DNA of 64,000 bases, from contig OZ244991.1 of NCBI GenBank assembly GCA_965223335.1, positions 1,440,001-1,504,000 on the forward strand, given 5' to 3'. The stretch is from Thermodesulfobacteriota bacterium (lineage in GTDB: Bacteria > Desulfobacterota_D > UBA1144 > Nemesobacterales > UBA2774). Below the pieces are notes generated by a model. It was not told the DNA's origin, searched no databases, and worked only from the letters and a program-made list of their open reading frames with translations. The position numbers and the translations under genes were made by a program. Within the stretch, counting starts at the first letter, position 1. Each line of letters opens with the position of its first letter. This document shows, piece after piece, positions 9,760 to 19,981 of this stretch.

Positions 9760-10266
9760 TTGCAAGACTTAGTGTTTTATGTTTTTGCAATCCTTGCGCT
9801 TGCGGGGGCTTTGCTGGTGGTGGTGGGTCGTAGCCCGGTCACAAGCGCTCTCTCTTTGGTGCTTACACTATTTAGCACTGCCGTGCTGTTCATTTTACTC
9901 GATGCTCACTTCATAGCCGCCGTGCAGGTACTGGTCTATGCAGGGGCAATAATGATCCTTTTCTTGTTTACAGTGATGTTTCTTAACCTTAGAAACGAGG
10001 AGCTTCGGTTCGATTCCAAGAACCTAGGGTTCAAAATGAGCCTTTTTCTGGTGTTTTTGCTGCTGGTGGGATACTTTGCTACCCTCGGGTTTAGGCAATA
10101 CATTAGTATCGAGGACAGGGTCAAACTTGGGGAGGATTTCGGCACGGTCGAGGGTGTGGGCAAGGTGCTTTTTACCGAGTACCTGCTGCCTTTTGAGCTT
10201 ACCTCAGTGCTCATCGTGGTGGCTATCATAGGTGTGATTGCGATAGCCAAAAAAAGGAGTTACTAG
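9760..10266 (+). CDS. nuoJ: NADH-quinone oxidoreductase subunit J
   Basis: QVLVYAGAIMILFLF, YLLPFELTS; TTG start. Confidence 0.93.
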   Translation: MQDLVFYVFAILALAGALLVVVGRSPVTSALSLVLTLFSTAVLFILLDAHFIAAVQVLVYAGAIMILFLFTVMFLNLRNEELRFDSKNLGFKMSLFLVFLLLVGYFATLGFRQYISIEDRVKLGEDFGTVEGVGKVLFTEYLLPFELTSVLIVVAIIGVIAIAKKRSY

Positions 10267-10572
10267 ATGGCGGTTACAATTGAACATTACCTGGTGCTAA
10301 GTGCGATACTGTTTCTGATCGGGGCATATGGGGTGGTGATCAGAAAGAATTTGATCATAGTGCTCATGTCGCTTGAGCTTATGCTCAATGCCGCGAACTT
10401 GGCACTTGTGGGTTTCTCCAGGGTTCATGGGGACATGACGGGCCATGTGTTTATGATGATGGTTCTTACCGTAGCGGCCTCGGAAGTAGCCGTGGGCCTG
10501 GCCCTTGTGGTCTCTATCTACAAGCACAGGGAAAACCTGGACGTAGATATTCTAAAGCTGCTTAGGGGATAA
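10267..10572 (+). CDS. nuoK: NADH-quinone oxidoreductase subunit K
   Basis: LMSLELMLNA, AASEVAVGLA. Confidence 0.95.
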   Translation: MAVTIEHYLVLSAILFLIGAYGVVIRKNLIIVLMSLELMLNAANLALVGFSRVHGDMTGHVFMMMVLTVAASEVAVGLALVVSIYKHRENLDVDILKLLRG

Positions 10573-10580
10573 GATAAACA

Positions 10581-12557
10581 ATGCTACTTTGGATAGTTCT
10601 ATTACCATTGATCGGAGCCGTGATTAACGGGATAGTGTTTGCCTCGGGGATGTGGACCAAGCTTTTTGGAGGGGACAAGCACACCGAACACAGTGTTGTG
10701 AACATCGTGGGGCCGGGTGTGGTACTGCTATCAGCCATACTCTCGACAATACTATTTGTTAAGCTCTTGGCGCTCGACCCCGAAAGCAGGCTTTTAGTAC
10801 TCACACTGTTTGAGTGGATACCGTCGGGGGAGTTCTCTGTCAATTTTGAGCTCTCGTTCGATACGTTGTCCTGTGTAATGGCACTTGTTATTACATGGGT
10901 CGGGTTTTTAATCCATGTCTATTCAATAGGTTATATGCATGGTGACACTGCGTATGCCAAATACTTCACATACCTAAACCTGTTTGTGTTTTTTATGCTG
11001 GTGCTTGTGCTTGGTAACAATTTCCCGCTAATGTTTGTGGGCTGGGAAGGGGTGGGCCTTGCCTCATATCTCTTGATCGGGTTTTGGTATCATGATACGG
11101 AAAAAGCCTATGCAGGCCGCAAGGCTTTTGTTGTAAACCGGATAGGTGATTTTGGATTTATTCTAGGCATATTCCTTATTTTCTTTGTGTTCGGGTCGGT
11201 GAATTACCAAGAGGTCTTCGGTATGGCCACCGACCAATCGTTTATGAGTGGGGTACCGGGTGTGGCTGTGACCGCAATCGCGTTGCTGCTGTTTGTGGGT
11301 GCGGTGGGGAAATCCGCACAGATCCCCTTATATGTGTGGCTGCCCGATGCTATGGCGGGTCCTACCCCTGTGAGCGCGTTAATACATGCAGCTACCATGG
11401 TAACCGCGGGCGCCTATATGGTGGCCAGGTGTAACGCTCTGTACACGGCATCGCCCACAGCACAGTTTGTGGTGGTAACGGTTGCGGCCCTCACATCGTT
11501 TCTGGCTGCTACAATCGCCGTTACACAGAATGACATTAAAAAGGTGCTTGCCTACTCTACCGTGAGTCAGCTGGGCTATATGTTTATGGGGATTGGGGTG
11601 GGTGCGTATGCAGCGGGCCTGTTTCATCTGGTAACACACGCGTTTTTTAAGGCACTACTCTTTTTGGGCTCCGGCAGTGTGATACACGCAATGAGCGGTG
11701 AGCAGGATATAACCCGGATGGGGGGACTTAGGAAATATATACCCATAACCTCCTACACATTCTTGATCGGTACGCTTGCGATTGCAGGGGTGCCGTTTTT
11801 GTCAGGGTTTTTCAGTAAAGACGAAATACTGGGTGCACTCTACGGCACGGGGTACACGGTGCACTGGATAGTTGCGCTTATTACCGTTGTGCTCACAGCG
11901 TTTTACATGATACGGCTCTACCTGCTAACGTTTGAGGGCAAAAGCAAAATAAGCAGCACGCTTATTAAACACATACACGAATCGCCACTTACAATGACGA
12001 TTCCGCTTATGGTGCTTGCGGTGCTCTCAATTTTCGGGGGTTATGTGGGTGTGCCCGATTTTATGGGCGAGTATCTGGGGTACGCGCACTCGAATTTATT
12101 TGAAAGATTCATTGATTCTTCTATCTACACACATATCGCACACGGCGAGGGCCATCATCTGTTAGGGCATTGGACGCTTGTGGGGCTCTCAATTGCCGCT
12201 GCACTTTTGGGGATTTTCGGTGCATTTTATCTTTATAAAGTAAAACCATCGTTACCTTCCAAGATCGCATCGGGCGAGAATATGGGTGCACTCTACAAGC
12301 TCGCTATCAATAAATGGTATATAGACGAGTTGTATGACTATTTTATAGTAGGGCCGTTTAACTATCTTTGTGCTGCTGCGGCTGAGTTCGACAGATATTT
12401 TATCGACGGTGCGGTAAATGGAGTAGCGGGGATTGTAAGAAGCAGTGCTACGGTCCTTAAGAAAACCCAGACAGGGATGTTACGTCTATATGCGGCGCTT
12501 ATGTTTATAGGCGGTGGTGCAATAATCCTATATATGATTTTATCTTCCAGGTTCTAA
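10581..12557 (+). CDS. nuoL: NADH-quinone oxidoreductase subunit L
   Basis: GWEGVG, GKSAQIPL, WLPDAMAGPTPVSALIHAATMV, THAFFKA. Confidence 0.95.
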   Translation: MLLWIVLLPLIGAVINGIVFASGMWTKLFGGDKHTEHSVVNIVGPGVVLLSAILSTILFVKLLALDPESRLLVLTLFEWIPSGEFSVNFELSFDTLSCVMALVITWVGFLIHVYSIGYMHGDTAYAKYFTYLNLFVFFMLVLVLGNNFPLMFVGWEGVGLASYLLIGFWYHDTEKAYAGRKAFVVNRIGDFGFILGIFLIFFVFGSVNYQEVFGMATDQSFMSGVPGVAVTAIALLLFVGAVGKSAQIPLYVWLPDAMAGPTPVSALIHAATMVTAGAYMVARCNALYTASPTAQFVVVTVAALTSFLAATIAVTQNDIKKVLAYSTVSQLGYMFMGIGVGAYAAGLFHLVTHAFFKALLFLGSGSVIHAMSGEQDITRMGGLRKYIPITSYTFLIGTLAIAGVPFLSGFFSKDEILGALYGTGYTVHWIVALITVVLTAFYMIRLYLLTFEGKSKISSTLIKHIHESPLTMTIPLMVLAVLSIFGGYVGVPDFMGEYLGYAHSNLFERFIDSSIYTHIAHGEGHHLLGHWTLVGLSIAAALLGIFGAFYLYKVKPSLPSKIASGENMGALYKLAINKWYIDELYDYFIVGPFNYLCAAAAEFDRYFIDGAVNGVAGIVRSSATVLKKTQTGMLRLYAALMFIGGGAIILYMILSSRF

Positions 12558-12560
12558 AGC

Positions 12561-12605
12561 AAAAAAGGCGGCGTATGGTAATATCTACCATACGCCGCCT
12601 TCTCT
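12561..12605. terminator. Bidirectional terminator between convergent nuoL and glnA
   Basis: Perfect 16-bp stem AAGGCGGCGTATGGTA / TACCATACGCCGCCTT with an A-tract on the left. Confidence 0.85.
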
Positions 12606-12632
12606 AAACCTATTGTCTTTTTTCCTTATTGA

Positions 12633-14057
12633 TTACACATCATAGTACAACATGAACTCATAAGGCACCGGCCTTAATTTGACAGGGTTTACCTCGTTTT
12701 CCATCTTGTACTCTATCCATGTCTCTATTACGTCCTCGGTAAACACGTCTCCTTTAAGCAGGAACTCGTGGTCGTTCTCAAGCGCTTTCAGAGCGTCCTC
12801 CAACGAACCAGGTACAGATGGGATGTCTGCAAGTTCCTCTGGGCCCAGTGCGTAGATGTCTTTGTCCAGTGGGTCGCCTGGGTTAATTTTCTTTTCAATA
12901 CCGTCAAGCCCGGCCATAAGCATCGCAGAGAACGCAAGGTAACCATTGCATGAAGGATCTGGGAACCGACACTCCATCCTCTTGGCTTTTGGGCTGGGTG
13001 AGTACATGGGGATCCTCACTGCAGCGCTTCGGTTTCTTGCCGAATATGCCAGGTTAACAGGAGCCTCGAACCCGGGCACAAGCCTTCTATATGAGTTTGT
13101 GATGGGGTTACTGAACGCACAGATCGTAGGGGCGTGTTTCAAAATGCCGCCTATGTAGTTCATGGCAAGGTCGCTCATACCAGCATAACCCTTCCCTGCG
13201 AACAGTGGTTTGGATTTTTTCCATATCGACTGGTGTACGTGCATTCCCGAGCCGTTATCCTCAAACAGTGGTTTAGGCATAAATGTCACACTCTTGTTGT
13301 ACTTGCGTGCAACATTGCGGACAACGTATTTGTACCACATCATCTGATCGCCCATCTGGACTATGGGGGCAAAGCGCATATCGATCTCGGCCTGCCCGCC
13401 GGTTGCAACTTCGTGGTGATGGGCTTCCACCGCTATGCCCAACTCCTGGAGAGTAAGTACCATCTCGGACCTCATATCCTGGTAGGTGTCAGCAGGTGGG
13501 GTGGGGAAATAGCCCTCTTTATGTCTTGGCTTATAGCCCAGGTTTGGGTTCTCGTCTACTCCCGAGTTCCATATACCCTCTACCGAGTCTACAAAATAGT
13601 ATCCGGAGTTGGCTGTTTGGTCGTATTTAACATCGTCTAGGATAAAGAACTCTAGCTCGGGGCCGAAATAGGCTGTGTCCCCTATGCCTGAGCTCTTTAG
13701 GTATGCGAGAGCTTTTTTAGAAATATTACGCGGGTCACGTGAATAAGGCTCTCTTGTGATCGGGTCAACTATGTCGCATATGATGGCGAGTGTGGGAATC
13801 GTTAAAAACGGATCGACTCTAGCGGTAGCTGCGTCGGGTATAACGAGCATGTCGCTTGCATGAATTGACTGCCAGCCCCTTATGCTGGATCCGTCAAACC
13901 CTAGACCCTCGTCAAAAGTGGATCTATCGACCTCCTGAGCCGGGACACTGAAATGCTGCCACATCCCGACAAAATCCAGAAATCTGAAATCGATTATTTC
14001 TATATTCTGGTCTTTAATAAGCTTTAATACATCTGCAGGTTTTTTAGGAAATGTCAT
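12633..14057 (-). CDS. glnA: Glutamine synthetase type I
   Basis: [42 protein letters not shown] adenylylation Tyr. Confidence 0.97.
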   Translation of the reverse strand: MTFPKKPADVLKLIKDQNIEIIDFRFLDFVGMWQHFSVPAQEVDRSTFDEGLGFDGSSIRGWQSIHASDMLVIPDAATARVDPFLTIPTLAIICDIVDPITREPYSRDPRNISKKALAYLKSSGIGDTAYFGPELEFFILDDVKYDQTANSGYYFVDSVEGIWNSGVDENPNLGYKPRHKEGYFPTPPADTYQDMRSEMVLTLQELGIAVEAHHHEVATGGQAEIDMRFAPIVQMGDQMMWYKYVVRNVARKYNKSVTFMPKPLFEDNGSGMHVHQSIWKKSKPLFAGKGYAGMSDLAMNYIGGILKHAPTICAFSNPITNSYRRLVPGFEAPVNLAYSARNRSAAVRIPMYSPSPKAKRMECRFPDPSCNGYLAFSAMLMAGLDGIEKKINPGDPLDKDIYALGPEELADIPSVPGSLEDALKALENDHEFLLKGDVFTEDVIETWIEYKMENEVNPVKLRPVPYEFMLYYDV

Positions 14058-14144
14058 CTCCTTACCTCCTTGAATTTTTGTATTCTATATGGTTCTGTGG
14101 GCGTAATTATAGGAACCACAAAGTTTTATTTGCATATATTGCTT

Positions 14145-14540
<396 letters not shown>

Positions 14541-14544
14541 TTAC

Positions 14545-14557
14545 AATCAATGATTTA
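14545..14557. promoter_or_regulatory. IHF site
   Basis: AATCAA-TGAT-TTA matches WATCAA-N4-TTR, between the promoter and the enhancer. Confidence 0.6.
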
Positions 14558-14588
14558 AGGCACTTAGCGAAAACCTGGTCAAATTGAA

Positions 14589-14605
14589 TGCCTAATTGTT
14601 AAGCA
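14589..14605. promoter_or_regulatory. NtrC-like enhancer site
   Basis: TGC-N11-GCA (TGCCTAATTGTTAAGCA), 17 bp. Confidence 0.5.
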
Positions 14606-14842
14606 CTTGGTTTTAAAAACTAATCATTTGGAGGCACTTATTGAGAAAACTGGTAGAGTTTGGGTGAAATGATGCAAAAGTATCATTTAAACAGAGGGTT
14701 TTTGTTGTAAAATTACAGTTTTTACGCTTAGACAGTAATTAGAGGATACAAGGAGTAAGCTCTATATCAATTAATTATAATTGATATGCTATAATGAGTT
14801 TGTCATGCAATTAAGACAAAATGTGAATTTATATCACTATAA

Positions 14843-14857
14843 TGACACTTTTTGTCA
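14843..14857. promoter_or_regulatory. Palindromic activator site TGACA-N5-TGTCA (copy 1)
   Basis: TGACActtttTGTCA about 90 bp upstream of a sigma54 promoter; second copy at 24652. Confidence 0.6.
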
Positions 14858-14946
14858 ATACCAGGATATGGTTCATAGGCTGGTATAAGCAAGTAGTATC
14901 TAATGATATCAGGCAATTGCGTAGTATTTTTAGTGAAATTGGTGTT

Positions 14947-14962
14947 TGGCATGATATTTGCA
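14947..14962 (+). promoter_or_regulatory. Sigma54 promoter of chemosensory operon 1
   Basis: TGGCAT-GATAT-TTGCA. Confidence 0.75.
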
Positions 14963-14978
14963 AATTTCAGAGATTATC

Positions 14979-16808
14979 ATGAAAATGCATCTAGCAAAAT
15001 TACTAGTAAAAGAGAATCTAGTTACTGTAGATCAAATCAAAAGTGCTATTGAAGAGCATAGAGATTCGGGGTTAGGGCTTGGAGAATCATTGGTTGATCT
15101 AGGTTACATACAAGAGAGTGAGTTGGTTCAGTTCCTAAGCCGAGAATACGGTGTGCCTATTATACAGATTGAAAAATATAATATAGAAGATAGGTTCATT
15201 AATCTCATCCCCAAGCAAACTGCCGTAACCAACAATTTGCTCCCTATTAATTTAAACGGATCGGATTTGATAGTGGCAATGTCTGATCCTTCAAACATTT
15301 TACTGCTAGATGATCTGAGTTTTGTAACTGGACATAACATAAAACCTGTAGTTTCTTCAGAGAGATCTATAAGAGAAGCCATAAACAAATACTACGGTGT
15401 GGATGACACAGAAACTGTTGTTAATGATGACGGTACCGTGTCTGAAATAAAGCCCGAGAGTACTCGTACCCCCTCTGGATTCATGCAAGCGAATTCCCTG
15501 CCGATAGAGGAGATAGTACAGGAGCTTGAGGATTATAAAAATAAAATTTCAAAACCCGATAACCTTGAGACCATCCTAAAACAAAATGAACCCGGTGAAG
15601 ACTACAATGAGGTTAGGCCGGAATCCGAGACGAAGCCAGACGATCTAACAGCGGAAATCACAGAACATCTGGGCTTTAATGAAATTAATACCGAAGAACA
15701 AATAGATGATATAGAGCCGAGTGCACCGGAGATTGAAACAGATATCCCTGCCGAGGTTGAGGATTCTCCGGTTGATTTATCGTTGGCAATGGATGAAGCG
15801 ATTGCAGAAGATTATGCAACTGAGTCTGTCGATACGGTCACAGAACACAATGTTCAAATCGATTTAGAACCACAAACCCAAGACCTAGAAATAACTTCGG
15901 AAGATGAACCTAAGCTGTTAGAAGATATAACTGAGCTTGCAGATAAGAATGAGGGTTCGGATGTAATAGTAGAGGGCATAGATGCGGATGATGAGCTGAC
16001 TTTGGATTCGATAACTACAGATTTGGATGAAGAGATAGATGAGGTAGTAGAGCCTTCTCTACCACCAAGATTTGACCAAGATCATAGCGATGAACTGAAT
16101 ACAAGTATTAATGCATTCTCCTCGGCTGTATCAAGGGACAGTGCGTCTGATATGGAGTACCATGACCCAGTGGAGGAATCCATTGTGGACGAGAATATGA
16201 ATGTGTCGGAGGAACCGGTAGGGGATGCTCGAGAAGCAGCCGAGGCCGAGAGGCAGAATGTCGTGCACACTGATCAAGTGGATGAACTAGATGTGGTGCA
16301 TGCAGAGACCGAGGTCGATGAGCTTGTTGTGGATGAACCCGAAATAATAGAACCGGTTATACCTGCCGAGCCCACACCCCAGGTCGCCTCGACAGAGCCC
16401 GAGATCGATGAGCTAGATTTGGATGATGATCACGATGACGATAAAGTCTCGATACTCGTAATTGACGATAGCCCCACGATACAGAAAATTGTATCGATAA
16501 CACTCGAGAAAAAGGGTTATGATGTGCATGTTGCTGGAGACGGAATGGAAGCACTTGCCAAGTTAAACGAGGTTACACCCAGATTGATATTCCTAGATAT
16601 CAATCTACCGCATATGGATGGATATCAACTTTGTAAAATAATCAAAAGCCACGATATCACCAAAGAAGTCCCCGTTATTATGCTTTCCGGAAAAGACGGA
16701 TTCTTTGACAAGATGAGAGGTAAGATGGTCGGGGCAAAAGATTATATTACTAAGCCATTTCAATCCAACACATTGGTTGATGCTGTTGAGAAGTATAGCA
16801 TTCATTAA
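14979..16808 (+). CDS. MshEN/GSPII_N domain, long acidic linker and PilG-like receiver domain
   Basis: N-terminus resembles the PilB/GspE N-domain (LAKLLV..LVTVDQI..LGESLVDLG, VAMSDP, PVVSSE); C-terminus MLSGKDGFFDKMRGKMVGA..YITKPF is PilG-like; start ATG 14979 or 14985 lies downstream of the sigma54 promoter. Confidence 0.8.
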   Translation: MKMHLAKLLVKENLVTVDQIKSAIEEHRDSGLGLGESLVDLGYIQESELVQFLSREYGVPIIQIEKYNIEDRFINLIPKQTAVTNNLLPINLNGSDLIVAMSDPSNILLLDDLSFVTGHNIKPVVSSERSIREAINKYYGVDDTETVVNDDGTVSEIKPESTRTPSGFMQANSLPIEEIVQELEDYKNKISKPDNLETILKQNEPGEDYNEVRPESETKPDDLTAEITEHLGFNEINTEEQIDDIEPSAPEIETDIPAEVEDSPVDLSLAMDEAIAEDYATESVDTVTEHNVQIDLEPQTQDLEITSEDEPKLLEDITELADKNEGSDVIVEGIDADDELTLDSITTDLDEEIDEVVEPSLPPRFDQDHSDELNTSINAFSSAVSRDSASDMEYHDPVEESIVDENMNVSEEPVGDAREAAEAERQNVVHTDQVDELDVVHAETEVDELVVDEPEIIEPVIPAEPTPQVASTEPEIDELDLDDDHDDDKVSILVIDDSPTIQKIVSITLEKKGYDVHVAGDGMEALAKLNEVTPRLIFLDINLPHMDGYQLCKIIKSHDITKEVPVIMLSGKDGFFDKMRGKMVGAKDYITKPFQSNTLVDAVEKYSIH

Positions 16809-16892
16809 TCACGGAATAGGTAATAAAAACTGGGGTCGGGCAGTAGATATTATTAATGTCTAAATCTTATCAAGCCCCTATACACACAAATT

Positions 16893-17468
16893 ATGAACCG
16901 TAAATTCAGAGTGGTGGGAAAAGAGACCGAGTACGAACCCTTAACTGATAGTGAGGTTGAAAGGCTTAGCCCTGTGGACATTGCACATGACCAGGCACTT
17001 GAAAGTCATTCCATAGAGTTGCTCTCAGAGTTTGACCAGATGATGGTCAAAATAATGGATAAGAAGCGCAAAGACCCCTTGGTAGCACTGCAGTTAGTGG
17101 GGGATATGGTAAACAGGTCGGTGCTGTTCTCGGAGAATGTGCTTAAACTAGACCCAAAACAAGGGTATTTGAAGAAGATATTGGAGAAGGTGGGTCACAA
17201 ATACTCACACATACAGCTCCTGCATAATCAAGGCAACCAGATCTCACTTCAAACTGCGGTCAATGTGTACAAGGCGTGGACGGGCGATACGGCTGAAAGG
17301 GCAGTAGTTTTTAAGCAGATATCACTTGCGCTACTTTATATATTGCAAACATATTTTAAGTTTTTTGCAAAATCGTTTAAATCAAAAGAGACCCAGGTCG
17401 AATGGAAAGATACCTACGATATGTTCACAAGCCAGTTGTCAGACACTGTGGAGGGTCTTCAGTACTAA
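16893..17468 (+). CDS. Hypothetical helical protein in the chemosensory operon
   Basis: 191 aa ORF co-oriented between the PilG-like gene and cheW. Confidence 0.6.
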   Translation: MNRKFRVVGKETEYEPLTDSEVERLSPVDIAHDQALESHSIELLSEFDQMMVKIMDKKRKDPLVALQLVGDMVNRSVLFSENVLKLDPKQGYLKKILEKVGHKYSHIQLLHNQGNQISLQTAVNVYKAWTGDTAERAVVFKQISLALLYILQTYFKFFAKSFKSKETQVEWKDTYDMFTSQLSDTVEGLQY

Positions 17469-17491
17469 TAAGATAAGCAAAAGGTAATGAT

Positions 17492-18154
17492 ATGTCTGAA
17501 GAAACAAACACACCCAACAACAATACAAAGATAAACACGGTTGATCAAACTGAGGCTTTGGATCGGGGCCGTAATGATTCCCAAATCCCCGACGATATGT
17601 CGTCGCTCGAGAGTCTTGTTACAACTATTGATCGTGAGATGGCGCATGTCCACGGTGTAATGGGAATGGGGGAATTTGCCGAGCCGCTCGAGACGGTTGA
17701 TTTAAGAGACCGATACATTGTGTTTAGCACTAACAATGTTAAATACGCTGTGCACATTAAAAACGTTATAGAGATAGGTAACGTCCCGGCGATTACCACA
17801 ATACCTAACAGTCCCAGCTGGCTAAGAGGAGTCACTAACATTAGGGGCGATATTATATCTGTGATTGATCTTACAAGGTTTATGGGCGAAGATCGCGACG
17901 CACCGAGCAGTTTAGATGCCGGTAAGATAATTGTGGTAAGTCTTGGGGAGGATGAGCTGACTACAGCTCTACTTGTAGACCGCGTTAACAACATGCTTAG
18001 CATTGAAGACGAAGGGTTGATTGAGCCCTCGGCTCCTATGGATAACCGGCTAGCTCCCTACCTGGACGGAGTGTATAAAGACGGCAGCGAGCTCTTAATA
18101 ATCCTAAACTTAGAGAAGTTTCTGCAGTCGAGTGATATACGCCAGTTCGACTGA
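17492..18154 (+). CDS. cheW: CheW/PilI-like adaptor
   Basis: ITTIPNSPSWLRGVTNIRGDIISVIDL, ALLVDRV. Confidence 0.9.
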   Translation: MSEETNTPNNNTKINTVDQTEALDRGRNDSQIPDDMSSLESLVTTIDREMAHVHGVMGMGEFAEPLETVDLRDRYIVFSTNNVKYAVHIKNVIEIGNVPAITTIPNSPSWLRGVTNIRGDIISVIDLTRFMGEDRDAPSSLDAGKIIVVSLGEDELTTALLVDRVNNMLSIEDEGLIEPSAPMDNRLAPYLDGVYKDGSELLIILNLEKFLQSSDIRQFD

Positions 18155-18331
18155 TCTGTGCTCGGATAGGGCGTACGATAAAATCCAACTTGTAGATAAT
18201 ACACTTAAATATAGTTAGTTTGGCAGATTGAATTCAGTCCATAGCAAGCTAACTGCGCTGCTTAGTACGTTGGTGTAGTTATAATAAACCGGTTTTTGGT
18301 TAATATTGCCGGGTGGTCTAAAAGGGATTAA

Positions 18332-18694
18332 TTAAATCATTCTTTCAACTGTACTGGCAAGGTTCTCGGGTGTGAAGGGTTTTGTAATATAGCCGTCAGC
18401 ACCCTGTTTCTGTCCCCAGAATTTGTCGGTTTCCTGATTCTTGGTAGTTACCATGATGATTTTGATGTCCTGTGTTTCAGGTGCTCTCTTAAGCTCGCGG
18501 CACACCTTGAAACCGTCTTTGCCGGGCATAACCACATCGAGGAGAATAAGATCGGGGTGATTGCCTGTGGCAATTTTGAGCGCTTCTACCCCGTTGGATG
18601 CGGTGAGTAGGGTGTATCCCTTGCCCTCAATCGCATTCCTCATCAGCTTAAGTTCTGTTGGGCTGTCATCTACAATCAATACTGTTTTGGACAT
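18332..18694 (-). CDS. pilH: Single-domain response regulator, PilH-like
   Basis: DDSPTE, LDVVMPG, MVTTKNQETDKFWGQKQGA (PilH-type signature). Confidence 0.8.
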   Translation of the reverse strand: MSKTVLIVDDSPTELKLMRNAIEGKGYTLLTASNGVEALKIATGNHPDLILLDVVMPGKDGFKVCRELKRAPETQDIKIIMVTTKNQETDKFWGQKQGADGYITKPFTPENLASTVERMI

Positions 18695-18761
18695 CTGGTG
18701 TTTCCTCCGAGAAAATCGACATTATATATAGAAATTATATTACATCAATAATTATCTCGCT

Positions 18762-18830
18762 TCGGGTATTAGTACAGAATTTTAACTGTTCACAGGTACA
18801 GTGACAAACCTGTACTAAAGTACAGGTTTG
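18762..18830. promoter_or_regulatory. Three phased operator-like sites upstream of pilH
   Basis: GTACAG at 18772, 18796 and 18820 (24-bp period); palindrome CAAACCTGTACT-aa-AGTACAGGTTTG at 18805-18830. Confidence 0.6.
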
Positions 18831-18925
18831 AGGTTGCTGCTCAGGTGATTTGAGTGTGTATGGATTTCTGTTACGATCATAATTATATATAGGGTAATGC
18901 ACAGGCTCGTAGCTCCGTAATTGTA

Positions 18926-19561
18926 TTACAGAGAAATAATGCCTCTGTGGGCGGCTTTTGTTACAGCCTCTGTTCTGCTCTCCGCGTTTAGTTTCTGCAG
19001 TATAGAGCTTATGTGGAATTTGACGGTCCTCTCGGTTATAAACAGTTTTCCTGCGATCTCTTTGTTGGAGAGCCCTTTTGACAGCAGATGGAGCACATCC
19101 AGTTCACGTGGAGTCATATGTCCGTAGTCGTCGCTTACCTGTTTCATAAGTTTGGAGACTACATCCGATTGCAGTGAGGACCCGCCTCTATATACCGTAC
19201 GTACTGCGTCAAATATCTCTTCGCGGGGCGCACCTTTTAATAAATACCCCTTTGCGCCAGCTTTAACGGCGGATATGATTCTCTCGTCTGTGTTGTATGC
19301 GGTAAACACGATCACTTTAGTGGTGGAATCGGATTTTTTTAAACGTTTTATGATCTCGACCCCATCCATCTCGGGCATCTCAATGTCTAGCAAAAGGATG
19401 TCGGGATTACTTTTTTCAACCCTATTTACAACCTTATCACCTTGGGCTACTACATCAACGATTTTGAAGTCTTTCTGAGTCTCTAGTATGGTTCTAAGCC
19501 CCTCTCTGACAATAGGATGATCGTCTGCTAGCAGGATTCTTATTTTTTTCTTCGGGGGCAT
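18926..19561 (-). CDS. NarL/LuxR-family response regulator
   Basis: LADDHPIVREG receiver; MTPRELDVL..GLSNKEIA..TVKFH HTH. Confidence 0.93.
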   Translation of the reverse strand: MPPKKKIRILLADDHPIVREGLRTILETQKDFKIVDVVAQGDKVVNRVEKSNPDILLLDIEMPEMDGVEIIKRLKKSDSTTKVIVFTAYNTDERIISAVKAGAKGYLLKGAPREEIFDAVRTVYRGGSSLQSDVVSKLMKQVSDDYGHMTPRELDVLHLLSKGLSNKEIAGKLFITERTVKFHISSILQKLNAESRTEAVTKAAHRGIISL

Positions 19562-19981
19562 ATCAACAAATATTATACATGATTAATTTGTATTCGATTA
19601 TCGTTGGAGATATACATTCGGTAGCAGATAATTTGGATTTATAATTTTAACATCGATGGTATCGAAAAGCTCGCTTGTGTCCATAAAAAAACAATGAGCA
19701 TGAAATCTATCTGATTTGCAAGGATATGGTTCAGTATGCAGCCTATTGCGTCTAATTATTATTAGTATATAATTATAATTAGTGTTTAATAATTTCAATT
19801 GATTATTTTAATTATGTAGATAGAAACGTAAAAAATTTTTTTATGTTTATGCATAAAGATTGAGTAGTTAGCATGATCTTCATCTGTTTGGGTGGATCTT
19901 AATAAATAAAAAATAAGGGTTTATCAAAGTTGTTTTGAGTGTATTATTAAAAGTATACAAAGGGTTATTGAAGAGGGTCGG

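Noticed and set aside
13134..13640. Long antisense ORFs (also 17545-18003, 39981-40457, 49320-49925, 58790-59290)
   Set aside because: Shadows of well-supported genes on the opposite strand, with no motifs
14863..14875. 13-nt exact match AGGATATGGTTCA also at 19721
   Set aside because: A single 13-mer match is within chance for a 64-kb window and is not palindromic
18786..18825. CTGT-N8-ACAG as a LexA SOS box
   Set aside because: That consensus belongs mainly to gamma/betaproteobacteria, the downstream gene is not a repair gene, and an adjacent NarL regulator is a simpler explanation; not fully excluded
19598..19981. Small ORFs in the very AT-rich gap
   Set aside because: No RBS or coding character; more likely the divergent promoter region of narL and the GTPase module
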